From Saccharofermentanales bacterium (lineage in GTDB: Bacteria > Bacillota > Clostridia > Saccharofermentanales > DTU023): 64,000 nucleotides of DNA. Both the position numbers and the translations under genes were made by a program. Location: contig JBMNTA010000003.1 in the NCBI GenBank assembly GCA_050945495.1, forward strand, positions 8,761-72,760. The letters are read 5' to 3'. The notes under the pieces were generated by a model, which made no database searches, had not been told where the DNA came from, and worked only from the letters and a program-made list of their open reading frames with translations. How positions within the stretch are numbered: the first letter of the stretch is position 1; each line of letters opens with the position of its first letter. Positions 38,006 to 47,561 of this stretch are shown piece by piece.

Positions 38006-38515
38006 TTATGGTTTACGCGCATAGGCGGTCTCGATCGTCGCGCGAATGCACTCGGGCACCAGACCGCGGACATCGCGGCCCCACCCGACCAATTCGCGGA
38101 CCAGCGAGGACGAAATGAATCGTTCCGCTCCGCGCGCAGGTAATAACAGCGTCTCGATGCCGTCGCTCAAATGGCGATTGGCGTCGGCCATGATGAGTTC
38201 TTCCTGAAAATGCGTCGCATCTCGAACGCCGCGCACAATGGCGTCGATATGCATTCGCTCGCAATAATCGACCAACAGGCCGTGATCGATGTCGACCACG
38301 ACGTTGCGATGCGAGCGACACGCTTCGCGAATCAGTCGCGCACGGTCTTCGGCGGACAAGACGGTCCGCTTTCGGACGTTGTCAAACACGACGACATAGA
38401 GCGTGCCGCACAGCGGTGCGACACGTTCCACCACACGCATATGGCCCATGGTCCAGGGATCAAACGAACCTGAGAACATCAGGCGAAGATCTTTGTGATC
38501 GGTTGACGCATCCAT
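38006..38515 (-). CDS. coaD: Phosphopantetheine adenylyltransferase
   Basis: FSGSFDPWTMGHMRVVERV (the GSFDPxTxGH nucleotidyltransferase motif) and ISSSLVRE near the C-terminus. Confidence 0.92.
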   Translation of the reverse strand: MDASTDHKDLRLMFSGSFDPWTMGHMRVVERVAPLCGTLYVVVFDNVRKRTVLSAEDRARLIREACRSHRNVVVDIDHGLLVDYCERMHIDAIVRGVRDATHFQEELIMADANRHLSDGIETLLLPARGAERFISSSLVRELVGWGRDVRGLVPECIRATIETAYARKP

Positions 38516-38549
38516 TGTTAACCCTACGCAAACTCACGTGAGACGTTGA

Positions 38550-39116
38550 TTAGAACCTCTCTTTTAACTGGTAAAAGGATATCACGCAGATGCCGTACTG
38601 ACAACCGCGCACACGCGTGAAGACCTCGTCAAATGCGGGATCGGCGGGCATGTGACGGTCGCGTTCGACGATCACCGTCCCCCCCGGCGCCACCAGGCGC
38701 GGCAGTTGTTCGAGCAGCGGCTCGGCCACGGCCCCGTGAAGCGACCACGGCGGGTCGATGTAGATCCAATCAAACGTCTCCGCCCCCGCCGCGAGCGCTC
38801 GGAGATGATGCCGATAATCGCCGCGCAGCACCGCGGCGCGGTCGCCCAAATGCGTCTTCGAAAGATTGGCGTCGATCGCCCGAAGCGCGGCGCGATCGCG
38901 CTCGATCAAGACCGCCGACGCGGCCCCGCGCGACAGCGCCTCGATCGCCATCTGCCCCGTCCCCGCAAACACGTCGAGCCAGCGGCGCCCCTCAACGCCG
39001 TCGCCGAGGATCGAAAACACGGCCTCTTTGACGTGATCGGCCGTCGGCCGACAGGCCTCCCCTTTCGGCGCCGTCAGGCGCGCGCCCTTCGCCTCCCCCG
39101 TGATCACCCGCGGCAT
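38550..39116 (-). CDS. rsmD: 16S rRNA (guanine966-N2)-methyltransferase
   Basis: ITGEAKGARL..PKGEACRPTADHVKEAVFSIL, FAGTGQMAIEALSRGA and IYIDPPW motifs. ATG at 39116 has a GAGGT SD. The longer ORF overlaps the recG end. Confidence 0.88.
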   Translation of the reverse strand: MPRVITGEAKGARLTAPKGEACRPTADHVKEAVFSILGDGVEGRRWLDVFAGTGQMAIEALSRGAASAVLIERDRAALRAIDANLSKTHLGDRAAVLRGDYRHHLRALAAGAETFDWIYIDPPWSLHGAVAEPLLEQLPRLVAPGGTVIVERDRHMPADPAFDEVFTRVRGCQYGICVISFYQLKERF

Positions 39117-39126
39117 CGCCCGTACC

Positions 39127-41211
39127 TCACAATCCCGGATGGGCGAGTCGCTCGCCGTACCGCGCTTGGAAATGACGCACGATGGCGGCATGTTCCGGTC
39201 GGGTCAAATGCGGATCCTCGCGGAACAGACGGTCGGCGGCGCCGGCCGCTTCCTTGAGAAGCTCGCTGTCTTCGTAGAGGTTCGCGACTTTGAAATCGGG
39301 CAATCCGTGTTGCTCCGTGCCGAAAAAATCGCCCGGACCGCGCAAAAGCAAATCCTGTTCGGCGATGTCAAAGCCACTGGCATGGCGACAAAGCGCCTTC
39401 AGTCGGCGAATGATCAACGGATCGTCGGCATCGCTCATCAAGACGCAAAACGACTCAAGCGACGACCGGCCGACGCGCCCGCGCAGCTGATGGAGCTGCG
39501 AAAGGCCGAAACGTTCCGCGTTCTCGACGACCAACAGCGTCGCCAGCGGCTGATCGATGCCGACTTCGATGACCGTCGTCGAGACCAAAACATCGATCGC
39601 TCCCGCCGAGAAGGCATCCATGATCCGCACCTTCTCCCGAGGCTTCAAGCGGCCGTGCATGAGCGCGACCGCACGGTCGGGAAACACCGTGTCGGCCAAA
39701 CGTCGGTATTCCGATTCCGCCGAGCGCAGGTCGAGCTCGCCGTCGTCGTCGATCATCGGACAAACGACAAAGACTTTATGGCCGCGCTCCACTTCGCGTC
39801 GCATGAGGCGATCCACGCGCGCACGGTCGCTCTCTCGCGCTCTATACGTCTTTACAGGCTGACGTCCTTTCGGCATGTCACGCATGTCGGAGATGTCGAG
39901 ATCGCCGTACAGAATCATGGCCAACGTCCGCGGAATGGGCGTGGCCGACATCACCATGACGTGCGGGACGGTGTCCCCGCGCCCGGAGAGCGTCAGGCGT
40001 TGCCGCACCCCGAAGCGATGCTGTTCGTCGGTCACGCAGAGACCGAGATTCCGAAAAACGATGTCGTCCTCCAACACCGCGTGCGTCCCCACCAAGATAT
40101 CGATCGTGCCGTCGGCAAGCGCTTCGAGCATGGGACGCCGCGCGGAGGCGCTCGTCGCACCGGTCAGGCATGCGATCTCCAGACCGCTCCCGTCGAGCAA
40201 ATGCGACAGCGATTCGGCGTGTTGGCGCGCGAGAATCGTCGTCGGCGCCATCAGCACCGACTGATAATCCTGCCAGCCCGCCACCGCCATGGCCAAGGCG
40301 GCGACCACGGTCTTGCCGGATCCGACATCGCCTTGAATCAGGCGATTGGCCGGCGTCGTGCGCTGAAAATCTTCCAACACGGCGTCCAACGTCGCCCGCT
40401 GCGAGCCCGTCAGCTCGAACGGCAGGCGCGCGATTTGACGTTCCAGGCGCGCACGGATCGGGTCGTCCACGGTCATCTTCGGTCCGTGATGCTCGATCCG
40501 ACCGGCCTTCAACGCCCTAAGTCCGGCCATCACGAGAAAGAGCTCCTCAAAGGCGAGGCGACGGCGCGCGACGGCGATGTCGCGCTCGCTTTCCGGGAAA
40601 TGAATGCGGCGAAAGGCGTAATCGGCGGCCGCCAAACGATGCTCGGCGCGCACATCGGCCGGCAAACACTCTTCGACGTAAAAATCGGGGCGATCGAGGA
40701 TGTGGCGGACGGCGCGGCGCACGTTGATCTGGTGGAGGCCGGCCGTCAAGGGATAGATCGGCAAATACGGCGGCAGCGACGCGGCCTCGTCCATCGTCCG
40801 ATGGTCGGGATTGGCGACGGTCAACCGGCGCCCGCGCCGCTCGATTTTGCCGCGAAAGAGCAGACGATCGCCGCGCTGCAAATGATCGGCCACCCACGGC
40901 TGATTGAACCACGTCGCGTACACCGTCCCCGTGTCATCCGACAAGCGAACCCGCAAGAACGAGCGACGGCCGCGTCGGGTCAGGGCCGGCACTTGATCGA
41001 CCGTCGCCGCAAACGTCTGCACGCGGTCGACTTCCAGCGACTTGATGGGAATCGGAGTGCTCCAATCTTCGTATCGGCGCGGCACGAGCCACAGCAAATC
41101 GCCGACGACGTCGACGCCGAGTTTGGAAAACAATTGTTGGCGTTTTGTGGAAATGCCCGGCAGGATGGTGGTGGGTTCGGCGAGCCATGCGGGGACCGAT
41201 CGGTCAGACAC
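39127..41211 (-). CDS. recG: ATP-dependent DNA helicase RecG
   Basis: Wedge/OB domain plus SF2 helicase motifs: GDVGSGKT, TDEQHRFGV, MSATPIPRT, LHQLRGRVGR. The GTG at 41211 has a GGAGGG SD 5 nt upstream; an alternative ATG lies at 41232. Confidence 0.93.
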   Translation of the reverse strand: MSDRSVPAWLAEPTTILPGISTKRQQLFSKLGVDVVGDLLWLVPRRYEDWSTPIPIKSLEVDRVQTFAATVDQVPALTRRGRRSFLRVRLSDDTGTVYATWFNQPWVADHLQRGDRLLFRGKIERRGRRLTVANPDHRTMDEAASLPPYLPIYPLTAGLHQINVRRAVRHILDRPDFYVEECLPADVRAEHRLAAADYAFRRIHFPESERDIAVARRRLAFEELFLVMAGLRALKAGRIEHHGPKMTVDDPIRARLERQIARLPFELTGSQRATLDAVLEDFQRTTPANRLIQGDVGSGKTVVAALAMAVAGWQDYQSVLMAPTTILARQHAESLSHLLDGSGLEIACLTGATSASARRPMLEALADGTIDILVGTHAVLEDDIVFRNLGLCVTDEQHRFGVRQRLTLSGRGDTVPHVMVMSATPIPRTLAMILYGDLDISDMRDMPKGRQPVKTYRARESDRARVDRLMRREVERGHKVFVVCPMIDDDGELDLRSAESEYRRLADTVFPDRAVALMHGRLKPREKVRIMDAFSAGAIDVLVSTTVIEVGIDQPLATLLVVENAERFGLSQLHQLRGRVGRSSLESFCVLMSDADDPLIIRRLKALCRHASGFDIAEQDLLLRGPGDFFGTEQHGLPDFKVANLYEDSELLKEAAGAADRLFREDPHLTRPEHAAIVRHFQARYGERLAHPGL

Positions 41212-41884
41212 AGTCGCCCTCCGTGCCGGCATCGTCCGCGAGCGAACGCCCGTAACGGCAAAGATCTCGGACGGGGCATGCAAAACAGTCACGGCATCGC
41301 GCCCGACAGATCGCGCGCCCATGCGCCACCATCAAGTGCCCCCAGACCGTCCACGACGCTTCGGGCACGACCTCCATCAGATCGCGCTCGATGCGCGCCG
41401 GTGATTCGCTTTCGGTAAAGCCGAGCAGACGGCTGATGCGGCCGCAGTGCGTGTCGACGACGACGGCCCGGCCGCCGAAGGCATCGCCGACGATGAGGTT
41501 CGCGATCTTGCGACCGACCCCGGGAAGTTTCAAAAGCTCGTCCACGGTGTGGGGAATCTCGCCGCCGAAATCGTCGATCAACATGTTGGCCGATCCGTGC
41601 AACGCTTTGGCTTTCGAACGGAAGAACCCGCAACTGTAGATGATCGGCTCGAGGTCTTCTTGCGACGCGGCCGCCATCGCCTCCATCGTCGGGTACCGAC
41701 GAAAGAGCTCGGGCGTGACCTTGTTGACTCGCTCATCGGTGCACTGCGACGCCAAAATGGCCCCGACCAAAAGCTCCCAGGGCGATTGATGGTCCAGCGT
41801 GCAGGTCGCGTCCGGATACGTCTCGGACAGACGATCGATGATCGCTTGCGCGCGGATACGTTCGGAGGCTTGAGATCGAGTCAT
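41204..41884 (-). CDS. nth: Endonuclease III
   Basis: HhH-GPD (LPGVGRKIANLIV) and a C-terminal 4Fe-4S cluster loop C-x6-C-x2-C-x5-C (CRARCRDCFACPVRDLC). Confidence 0.93.
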   Translation of the reverse strand: MTRSQASERIRAQAIIDRLSETYPDATCTLDHQSPWELLVGAILASQCTDERVNKVTPELFRRYPTMEAMAAASQEDLEPIIYSCGFFRSKAKALHGSANMLIDDFGGEIPHTVDELLKLPGVGRKIANLIVGDAFGGRAVVVDTHCGRISRLLGFTESESPARIERDLMEVVPEASWTVWGHLMVAHGRAICRARCRDCFACPVRDLCRYGRSLADDAGTEGDCV

Positions 41885-43206
41885 GGGGTACGCTCCAACA
41901 AATAGCCGGTCTTCGTCACGTACGTTTCGGCCGACGGACGGTACAGCAACATTTCGACGAGCGTTCCGACCGGTTCACCCTCGATAAATTCCATAAAATC
42001 ATTCAACGTCTCCATGGGGCGGCCGTTGATTTTGATCAAGATATCGCCGACGTTGACGCCCGCCGTGTACGCGGCGCCCGGCGCCTTGACCGCATTGATG
42101 ATCAAACCTTCGGGGTAGCCGTATTGTTCGCGCAACGCTTCGTTGTCGGCGTCGCCGTACACCGTGATGCCGAGTTCCGCTTTCACGGGGGCCATCGCCC
42201 CGTCGCGGTTCAGCGCGCGGTCGATCATTTCGGAGACGATCGGCGCGGGAATCGCAAAGCCCTGATTCTGTGCGTAGACGCGTTTGCGATACCCGCTCGC
42301 GATGGCGACGACTTCGCCTTGGGCGTTGATGACCGGCCCGCCGGAGCAGATCGGCAACATCGGAATGTTCGTCTCGATCAGCCCGTTGGGCGCGCCGTCG
42401 TCCTCATACGTCGTGCGGTACATCGCGGTCAACATGCCGGCCGCAAGCCCCCCTTCTTCGATCATCATGGGCGGCGCACACAGGCAATAGAGCGGCATGC
42501 CGATCCGGAACGACGGAGCTTTCGACAGCGGGAGCTCAGGCAACGTCGCCTCAAAATCATCGGGCAGCACCAGACGCAACAGCGCCAAGTCGCACGACGG
42601 TTTCGCGGCCACCAACGTCCCCTCCAAGGTCGTGTTGAGGTCGCGCACGCGCATCTGCACCATGACGTCTTGCATCAGGCGCCCGCGGTAATCGAGCGCA
42701 TCTTTCAACAAGGTGTACGACGTGATCACGAGCCCCGACGCGTCAATGATCACGCCGGTGAACGTCGATTCGCGTTGCGCGTACATGGAGGTCGCGGGAA
42801 TCACGACCCGAATCGATACGACGGCGGGCGACAGTCGATAATAAATATCGCTTGCCGACCACGGCGTCGGCGGTTGGGTCGTCGACGGCACGGCCTCCGG
42901 ATCCGACGGTCGGGGGCTGGGATCGGGAATCCGATGCTCCGTGGACGTCGGACGTGCCGACGTGTCGGGCGGCGCGGTCGGGGGCGACGCGGTCGTGACC
43001 CGTTCGTGCGCGGTCGTCGTGACGGTGGCGGGGGTCGCGGACGTCGTCGTGAACCGTTCGCTCGGTGGCGTCGTCTCCGTCGGCTCGGTCGCGCCGTCGC
43101 AGGCCACGGGGCATCCCATGAGCATCAACCCCATCATCAATGTGACCGCAACGATTCGTCGGATGTTCTTTCTGCGCGACATGTCCTCCCCTTTCATGGA
43201 TGGCAT
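41881..43206 (-). CDS. HtrA/DegP-like lipoprotein (trypsin-fold plus PDZ) lacking the catalytic His
   Basis: Lipobox LMLMGC, a Thr/Pro-rich linker, a trypsin-like fold (GVIIDASGLVITSYTLL, DLALLRL, ICSGGPVIN) and a PDZ domain (GDILIKINGRP). Start could be the ATG at 43182. Confidence 0.75.
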   Translation of the reverse strand: MPSMKGEDMSRRKNIRRIVAVTLMMGLMLMGCPVACDGATEPTETTPPSERFTTTSATPATVTTTAHERVTTASPPTAPPDTSARPTSTEHRIPDPSPRPSDPEAVPSTTQPPTPWSASDIYYRLSPAVVSIRVVIPATSMYAQRESTFTGVIIDASGLVITSYTLLKDALDYRGRLMQDVMVQMRVRDLNTTLEGTLVAAKPSCDLALLRLVLPDDFEATLPELPLSKAPSFRIGMPLYCLCAPPMMIEEGGLAAGMLTAMYRTTYEDDGAPNGLIETNIPMLPICSGGPVINAQGEVVAIASGYRKRVYAQNQGFAIPAPIVSEMIDRALNRDGAMAPVKAELGITVYGDADNEALREQYGYPEGLIINAVKAPGAAYTAGVNVGDILIKINGRPMETLNDFMEFIEGEPVGTLVEMLLYRPSAETYVTKTGYLLERTP

Positions 43207-43278
43207 GGATGTGACGGTGACAGTGTACCGATGATTTTTGAAAAAAATATGAACACTCGGGAAAAGCGCCCCCTCCCG

Positions 43279-44829
43279 TCACGGGCGCTCGATCGTAAAA
43301 GTGACGCGCGCGCCCCCGAGCTCGGCGGAACGGCCGGCTTCGATCTGCTGTCCGTGGCGCTTGATGAGCGCGCGGGCAATGTAAAGACCGAGCCCCGAAC
43401 CCGCCTCGTGGCGCGATTTGTCCGCCTTGTAGAAACGATCGAACACGTACGGCAACGCCGCTTCCGCGAACCCTTCGCCGTTGTCTTCGACGGAGACGCG
43501 GATCGTGCGGTCAATGACGCGGGTCTGAATCATGACGATGCCCGCCGTCGGCGCATAGCGCACCGCGTTCGCGACGATGTTGTTTAAAACGCGCGTCAGC
43601 TGTTCCACGTCCCCGATGCCGCGCACGGGCTCGCCGGCGTTTTCGTCGAACCGCAATTCCAAGTGCAGACGTTTTGCTTTGAGCATCGGCTCGAACGTCT
43701 GTTTCGTCCGTCGAATCCAATCGTTGACGTCAAAGACCGTCATGCTGAGCGTGCTCGGATCGATCATCTCCGCCTGCTCAAAGAGCGTGTTGATGAGCGA
43801 CTCGAGGCGGTCGACTTCCGCCTTGATGATGCCGAGGTAATAGTCGGCCCGTTCGGGGGGCACGGTGCCGTCGCGCAGCCCCTCCACAAAGCCGCCGATC
43901 GAGGTGATGGGCGTGCGCAAATCGTGCGATACGTTGCGCAAAAACTCCGTGTGCTGGTCTTCGCGCTCTTCAAATTTGGCGATGAGCGTGTTGAACGTGC
44001 GGACCAGGCGCGTCAGGTCATCTTCGCGCGCATGCGCCGCAAGCGACGCCTCGTCCTCATCCTCCGCGTCCTCCGCGTTGTAGAGCATCAACGGCTTCTT
44101 TTCTTTGCCGAGTTGGACGCGCGCCGTCAAATCGCCGCGGTACACGCGGTCGGCGGTCGCGGCCAACGCCGAAATCGGCCGCGTGATGTTGCGCGACAAC
44201 CAGAAGATGATCAACAGCGACAAAATGAAGGCGATGGCAAACGATATCGGCACGTTGTTGTCGAGCAAAAAGGCGCTCAAGGTGTCCGGTTGATGGCGCT
44301 TCAACAAGATGACCTCGCCCGTGTAGATGTCGCCCATCTTGCCCATGGGCGCGCTCGCGATGAGCCACTTTTTCGCCTCGGGAAGCACGTCGACGAACCC
44401 CGTCTTTTCGCCGCGGTCGCAATACGTGGCGCCGCCGCCGTTTCGCGCATCGACGGGCAAAATGAAATCGCTGTACGCCGACGCCGTGCGGCGCTCCAAG
44501 CGCTCCATGGTCTCGCGCGGCATGCCCGTGTGGTAGATAATGTCGCCGTGCGCATTGACCACCCAAACGTACGCCCCGGTGGAGCGCGTCGCGAAGGCGA
44601 GGTAGCCCGTGACGTCGGCGCTCGTGAACGTCTCGTAATTGCCGTCCATGCGATTTTCCGTCAAGTACGAGAGCTCGACGGCATTGCGCGTCAACTCCTC
44701 TTCGTGTTGTTGATTGGACGCCCATAAATAAACGGCCCCGTACGTGAAGCCGAGTACGAGAAAGATGGCGAGAATGGCCGCCGAAATGGTGAGCAGGGTT
44801 CGCGCGTAGATCGACAGGCGCCGTCTCAT
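43279..44829 (-). CDS. Sensor histidine kinase (2 TM, HAMP, HisKA, HATPase_c), WalK-like context
   Basis: H-box FLRNVSHDLRTPITSI, N-box NNIVANAVRY, and G-boxes DNGEGF and GSGLGLYIA. Confidence 0.9.
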   Translation of the reverse strand: MRRRLSIYARTLLTISAAILAIFLVLGFTYGAVYLWASNQQHEEELTRNAVELSYLTENRMDGNYETFTSADVTGYLAFATRSTGAYVWVVNAHGDIIYHTGMPRETMERLERRTASAYSDFILPVDARNGGGATYCDRGEKTGFVDVLPEAKKWLIASAPMGKMGDIYTGEVILLKRHQPDTLSAFLLDNNVPISFAIAFILSLLIIFWLSRNITRPISALAATADRVYRGDLTARVQLGKEKKPLMLYNAEDAEDEDEASLAAHAREDDLTRLVRTFNTLIAKFEEREDQHTEFLRNVSHDLRTPITSIGGFVEGLRDGTVPPERADYYLGIIKAEVDRLESLINTLFEQAEMIDPSTLSMTVFDVNDWIRRTKQTFEPMLKAKRLHLELRFDENAGEPVRGIGDVEQLTRVLNNIVANAVRYAPTAGIVMIQTRVIDRTIRVSVEDNGEGFAEAALPYVFDRFYKADKSRHEAGSGLGLYIARALIKRHGQQIEAGRSAELGGARVTFTIERP

Positions 44830-44838
44830 GCAACAACC

Positions 44839-45555
44839 TTAGGCTTTGAGCTCGAATTTATAGCCGACGCTCCACACCGTCTTGATTTGCCAGTCGGGAT
44901 GGTCGATCGCGTCGAGTTTTTCGCGGATGCGCTTGATGTGGACGTCCACCGTTCGCGGTTCCCCGAAGTAGTCCATGCCCCACACATGCTCCAAGATCTG
45001 GTCGCGCGTGAAGACGCGATTGGGGTGGGAGGCAAGAAAGTACAACAGCTCCAGTTCCTTCGGCGGCATGTCGACCGGTTGGCCGCCGATTTCGACCGTG
45101 TACGTCAGGCGGTCGACGAGCAAGTCCTTGTAACGCACCGTCTCCACCGCCGCTTCGGCGTCGTCCGCGATGGGCGCGCGCTGGCGTCGGGTGCGCCGCA
45201 GCACGGCTTTGACGCGCGCGAGCAGTTCTTTCGGTTCGAACGGTTTGAGAATGTAATCGTCGGCCCCCAATTCCAGCCCGACGACCTTGTCCAACGTATC
45301 GCCCCGCGCCGTGAGCATCAACACGGGAACGTCGGACGTGCGACGGAGTTCACGCATGACATCGAACCCGTCCATGCCGGGCAACATCAGGTCCAAGATG
45401 ATGACGTCCGGATCGGTCGCTTTGACCATCGGAAGCACGGCGTCGCCCGTGTAACACGCGTGCACATCGAAGCCGTCTTTCACGAAATACAGTTTCAAAA
45501 GTTCGACGATGTGTTGGTCGTCGTCGACGATGAGGACGCGTTTTGAATCTTCCAT
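44839..45555 (-). CDS. OmpR/PhoB-family response regulator (WalR-like)
   Basis: Receiver domain VLIVDDD..DVIILDLMLPGMDG..LTAR..K and a winged-helix C-terminus (VWSVGYKF). Confidence 0.92.
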   Translation of the reverse strand: MEDSKRVLIVDDDQHIVELLKLYFVKDGFDVHACYTGDAVLPMVKATDPDVIILDLMLPGMDGFDVMRELRRTSDVPVLMLTARGDTLDKVVGLELGADDYILKPFEPKELLARVKAVLRRTRRQRAPIADDAEAAVETVRYKDLLVDRLTYTVEIGGQPVDMPPKELELLYFLASHPNRVFTRDQILEHVWGMDYFGEPRTVDVHIKRIREKLDAIDHPDWQIKTVWSVGYKFELKA

Positions 45556-45564
45556 GAAAACCCC

Positions 45565-46047
45565 TTACTTCGCTTCGTCCGACGTCAACGAGTCGTCGGA
45601 TTGCATCAGTGAATTGATTTCGTCGAAAAATGAATTGATGTCGCTGAAGGCGCGATAGACGGACGCGAAGCGAATGTAGGCCACTTCGTCGATGCCGCGC
45701 AATTCGCGCAACACGAGTTCGCCGATTTCGGCCGTCGTGATTTCTCGCCGCAGCGCGTTGCCGGCCGCGCGCTCCACCTCATCGATGACGCCTTCGATCT
45801 GATCGGTGGTGACGGGACGCTTCTCGCAACTCTTCGTGATGCCGATCAGCAACTTCTGTCGGTCAAACGGCTGACGGCTCCCGTCTTTTTTGATGACCAT
45901 CAGCGGCACGCTTTCCACTTTTTCGTACGTGGTGAATCGTTCGCCACAAAGGAGACACTCCCGACGACGTCGAATCGTCGCACCGTCGTCCGACGGACGC
46001 GAATCGATGACACGATCGTCATTCCCATCGCAATGCGGACATCTCAT
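45565..46047 (-). CDS. nrdR: Transcriptional repressor NrdR
   Basis: MRCPHCDGNDDRVIDSRP...CLLCGERFTTYE zinc ribbon plus an ATP-cone. Confidence 0.95.
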   Translation of the reverse strand: MRCPHCDGNDDRVIDSRPSDDGATIRRRRECLLCGERFTTYEKVESVPLMVIKKDGSRQPFDRQKLLIGITKSCEKRPVTTDQIEGVIDEVERAAGNALRREITTAEIGELVLRELRGIDEVAYIRFASVYRAFSDINSFFDEINSLMQSDDSLTSDEAK

Positions 46048-46159
46048 GAGGTCGACCTCCTTAAATGACGCGACCGGATCAGAGATCCGGCCGCTTGGAA
46101 TGCATATTCATTGACAACCGCTACGGCCGTCGTCGTTCGCGGAAGCCCCGCGCACGCGT

Positions 46160-47506
46160 TTATCGTTCGCCGTCGTTGTCTTGCAAGAACCACGGCATGC
46201 GACGCGCTTCGGACCGGCTCGGACCGGGCTTGGGCTTGTCGTCCGCCACCGGCGCCTCATCGAGGACGCGCGGCGTCGGCTTCGCCTGACGCGCCGCGTT
46301 CTCCGTCGCCTTGTTCACCATGTCGGCCATGATCTGGTCGGTCTGGCGTTGGCTCGTGCGACTGAATCCGGTCGGCTGGTTGTCGTTGCGCGACGCTTGC
46401 TTGCGCGATGACGGGGGTTGCAAGAACTCCGGCAGGTCATCGGCGGTCGGGCGCACATTGGCTGCGGACGTCGTTCTGGGCGAGGTCGTAAACAGCGGCG
46501 TCTGCGTCTGCGAACGACGCGGGCGCTGTTGGATGTCGTCGCTGAAACGGCTGGCGATGATCGTGATGATCAAGTCATCCTGCATGTTCTCGTCCACGAC
46601 CGCACCGAAGATGATGTCGGCGTCGGGCGAGACCGCTTCGCGCACTTGCGAGGCCGCTTCATTGATCTCCTTGATCTTCATGTCGTGGCCGCCGGTGAAG
46701 TTGATGATGATGCTGTGCGCACCTTCGATCGTCGTCTCAAGCAGCGGGCTGGACATCGCCTGTTTGACGGCGGTGGCCGCACGGCTCTCGCCGCTGCCGC
46801 GGCCGATGCCCATGTGACAGACGCCGGCGTCGGTCATGACGCGGCGCACGTCCGCCAAGTCCAAGTTGATCAGACCGGGCACCGCGACCAAGTCGGAAAT
46901 ACTCGACACGCCGTATTGCAAGATGCGGTCGGCCAAGCCGAACGCCTCATCCAACGAAGTGTCGTCGCTGGCGATCTCTAACAATTTTTCATTGGGAACC
47001 ACGATGAGGGAGTCGACGTGATTTTGCAGTTCTCGGATGCCCTTTTCGGCGTTCTGACGACGACGCGAACCTTCGAATCGGAACGGAAGCGTGACCACAC
47101 CGACCGTCAAAATCCCGAGCTTCTCCGCCACTTGCGCCACGATCGGAGCGGCACCGGTGCCGGTTCCGCCGCCCATGCCGGCCGTGATGAACAACATGTC
47201 GGACCCCTCGATGACATTCGAGATCTCCTCAATGTTCTCTTCGGCGGCTTTCTGGCCGACATCGGGCTGTGCGCCCGCGCCGAGCCCGCGCGTGACTTTC
47301 TCACCGATTTGAATGGCTTCGCTCGCCTTGGAACGAAGCAAGGCCTGGTGGTCGGTATTCACGGCGATAAACTCGATGCCCTGAACACCTTCTTCGATCA
47401 TGCGGTTTACGGCATTACATCCGCCTCCGCCGATGCCGATCACACGAATGGTCGCGTAAAGGTCATCTTTCATTTTAATGTCAAAATTGTAATCCGACAC
47501 GCCCAC
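46160..47506 (-). CDS. ftsZ: Cell division protein FtsZ with extended, duplicated C-terminal tail
   Basis: IRVIGIGGGGCNAVNRM and the tubulin signature GGGTGTGAAP. GAAAGGAGAA SD; the real start is probably the GTG at 47500 (the GTG at 47506 is only 2 nt from the SD). Confidence 0.95.
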   Translation of the reverse strand: MGVSDYNFDIKMKDDLYATIRVIGIGGGGCNAVNRMIEEGVQGIEFIAVNTDHQALLRSKASEAIQIGEKVTRGLGAGAQPDVGQKAAEENIEEISNVIEGSDMLFITAGMGGGTGTGAAPIVAQVAEKLGILTVGVVTLPFRFEGSRRRQNAEKGIRELQNHVDSLIVVPNEKLLEIASDDTSLDEAFGLADRILQYGVSSISDLVAVPGLINLDLADVRRVMTDAGVCHMGIGRGSGESRAATAVKQAMSSPLLETTIEGAHSIIINFTGGHDMKIKEINEAASQVREAVSPDADIIFGAVVDENMQDDLIITIIASRFSDDIQQRPRRSQTQTPLFTTSPRTTSAANVRPTADDLPEFLQPPSSRKQASRNDNQPTGFSRTSQRQTDQIMADMVNKATENAARQAKPTPRVLDEAPVADDKPKPGPSRSEARRMPWFLQDNDGER

Positions 47507-47533
47507 TTCTCCTTTCAGCGCTTACGCTGAGTT

Positions 47534-47561
47534 ATTTTACATTGTCATGACAAGTTGACAA
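47534..47561 (-). promoter_or_regulatory. Candidate sigma-A-type promoter for ftsZ
   Basis: Minus strand TTGTCA - 16 nt - TAAAAT, about 30 nt upstream of the ftsZ SD. The spacer contains the perfect palindrome TTGTCATGACAA. Confidence 0.35.

Noticed and set aside
43207-43278. The T-run region after the histidine kinase gene could be a terminator.
   Set aside because: The only hairpin is a 5-bp stem with an 11-nt loop, separated from the T7 run by about 10 nt. This is not a convincing intrinsic terminator.
46070-46125. The 7-bp perfect stem CCGGATC-TCT-GATCCGG and the nearby GAAT-ATGC-ATTC element upstream of nrdR could be an NrdR box or a ftsZ terminator.
   Set aside because: The hairpin has no T-tract on the minus strand. 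The second element has only 4-bp arms, and I could not match it to what I recall of the NrdR-box palindrome. The evidence is too weak to call.
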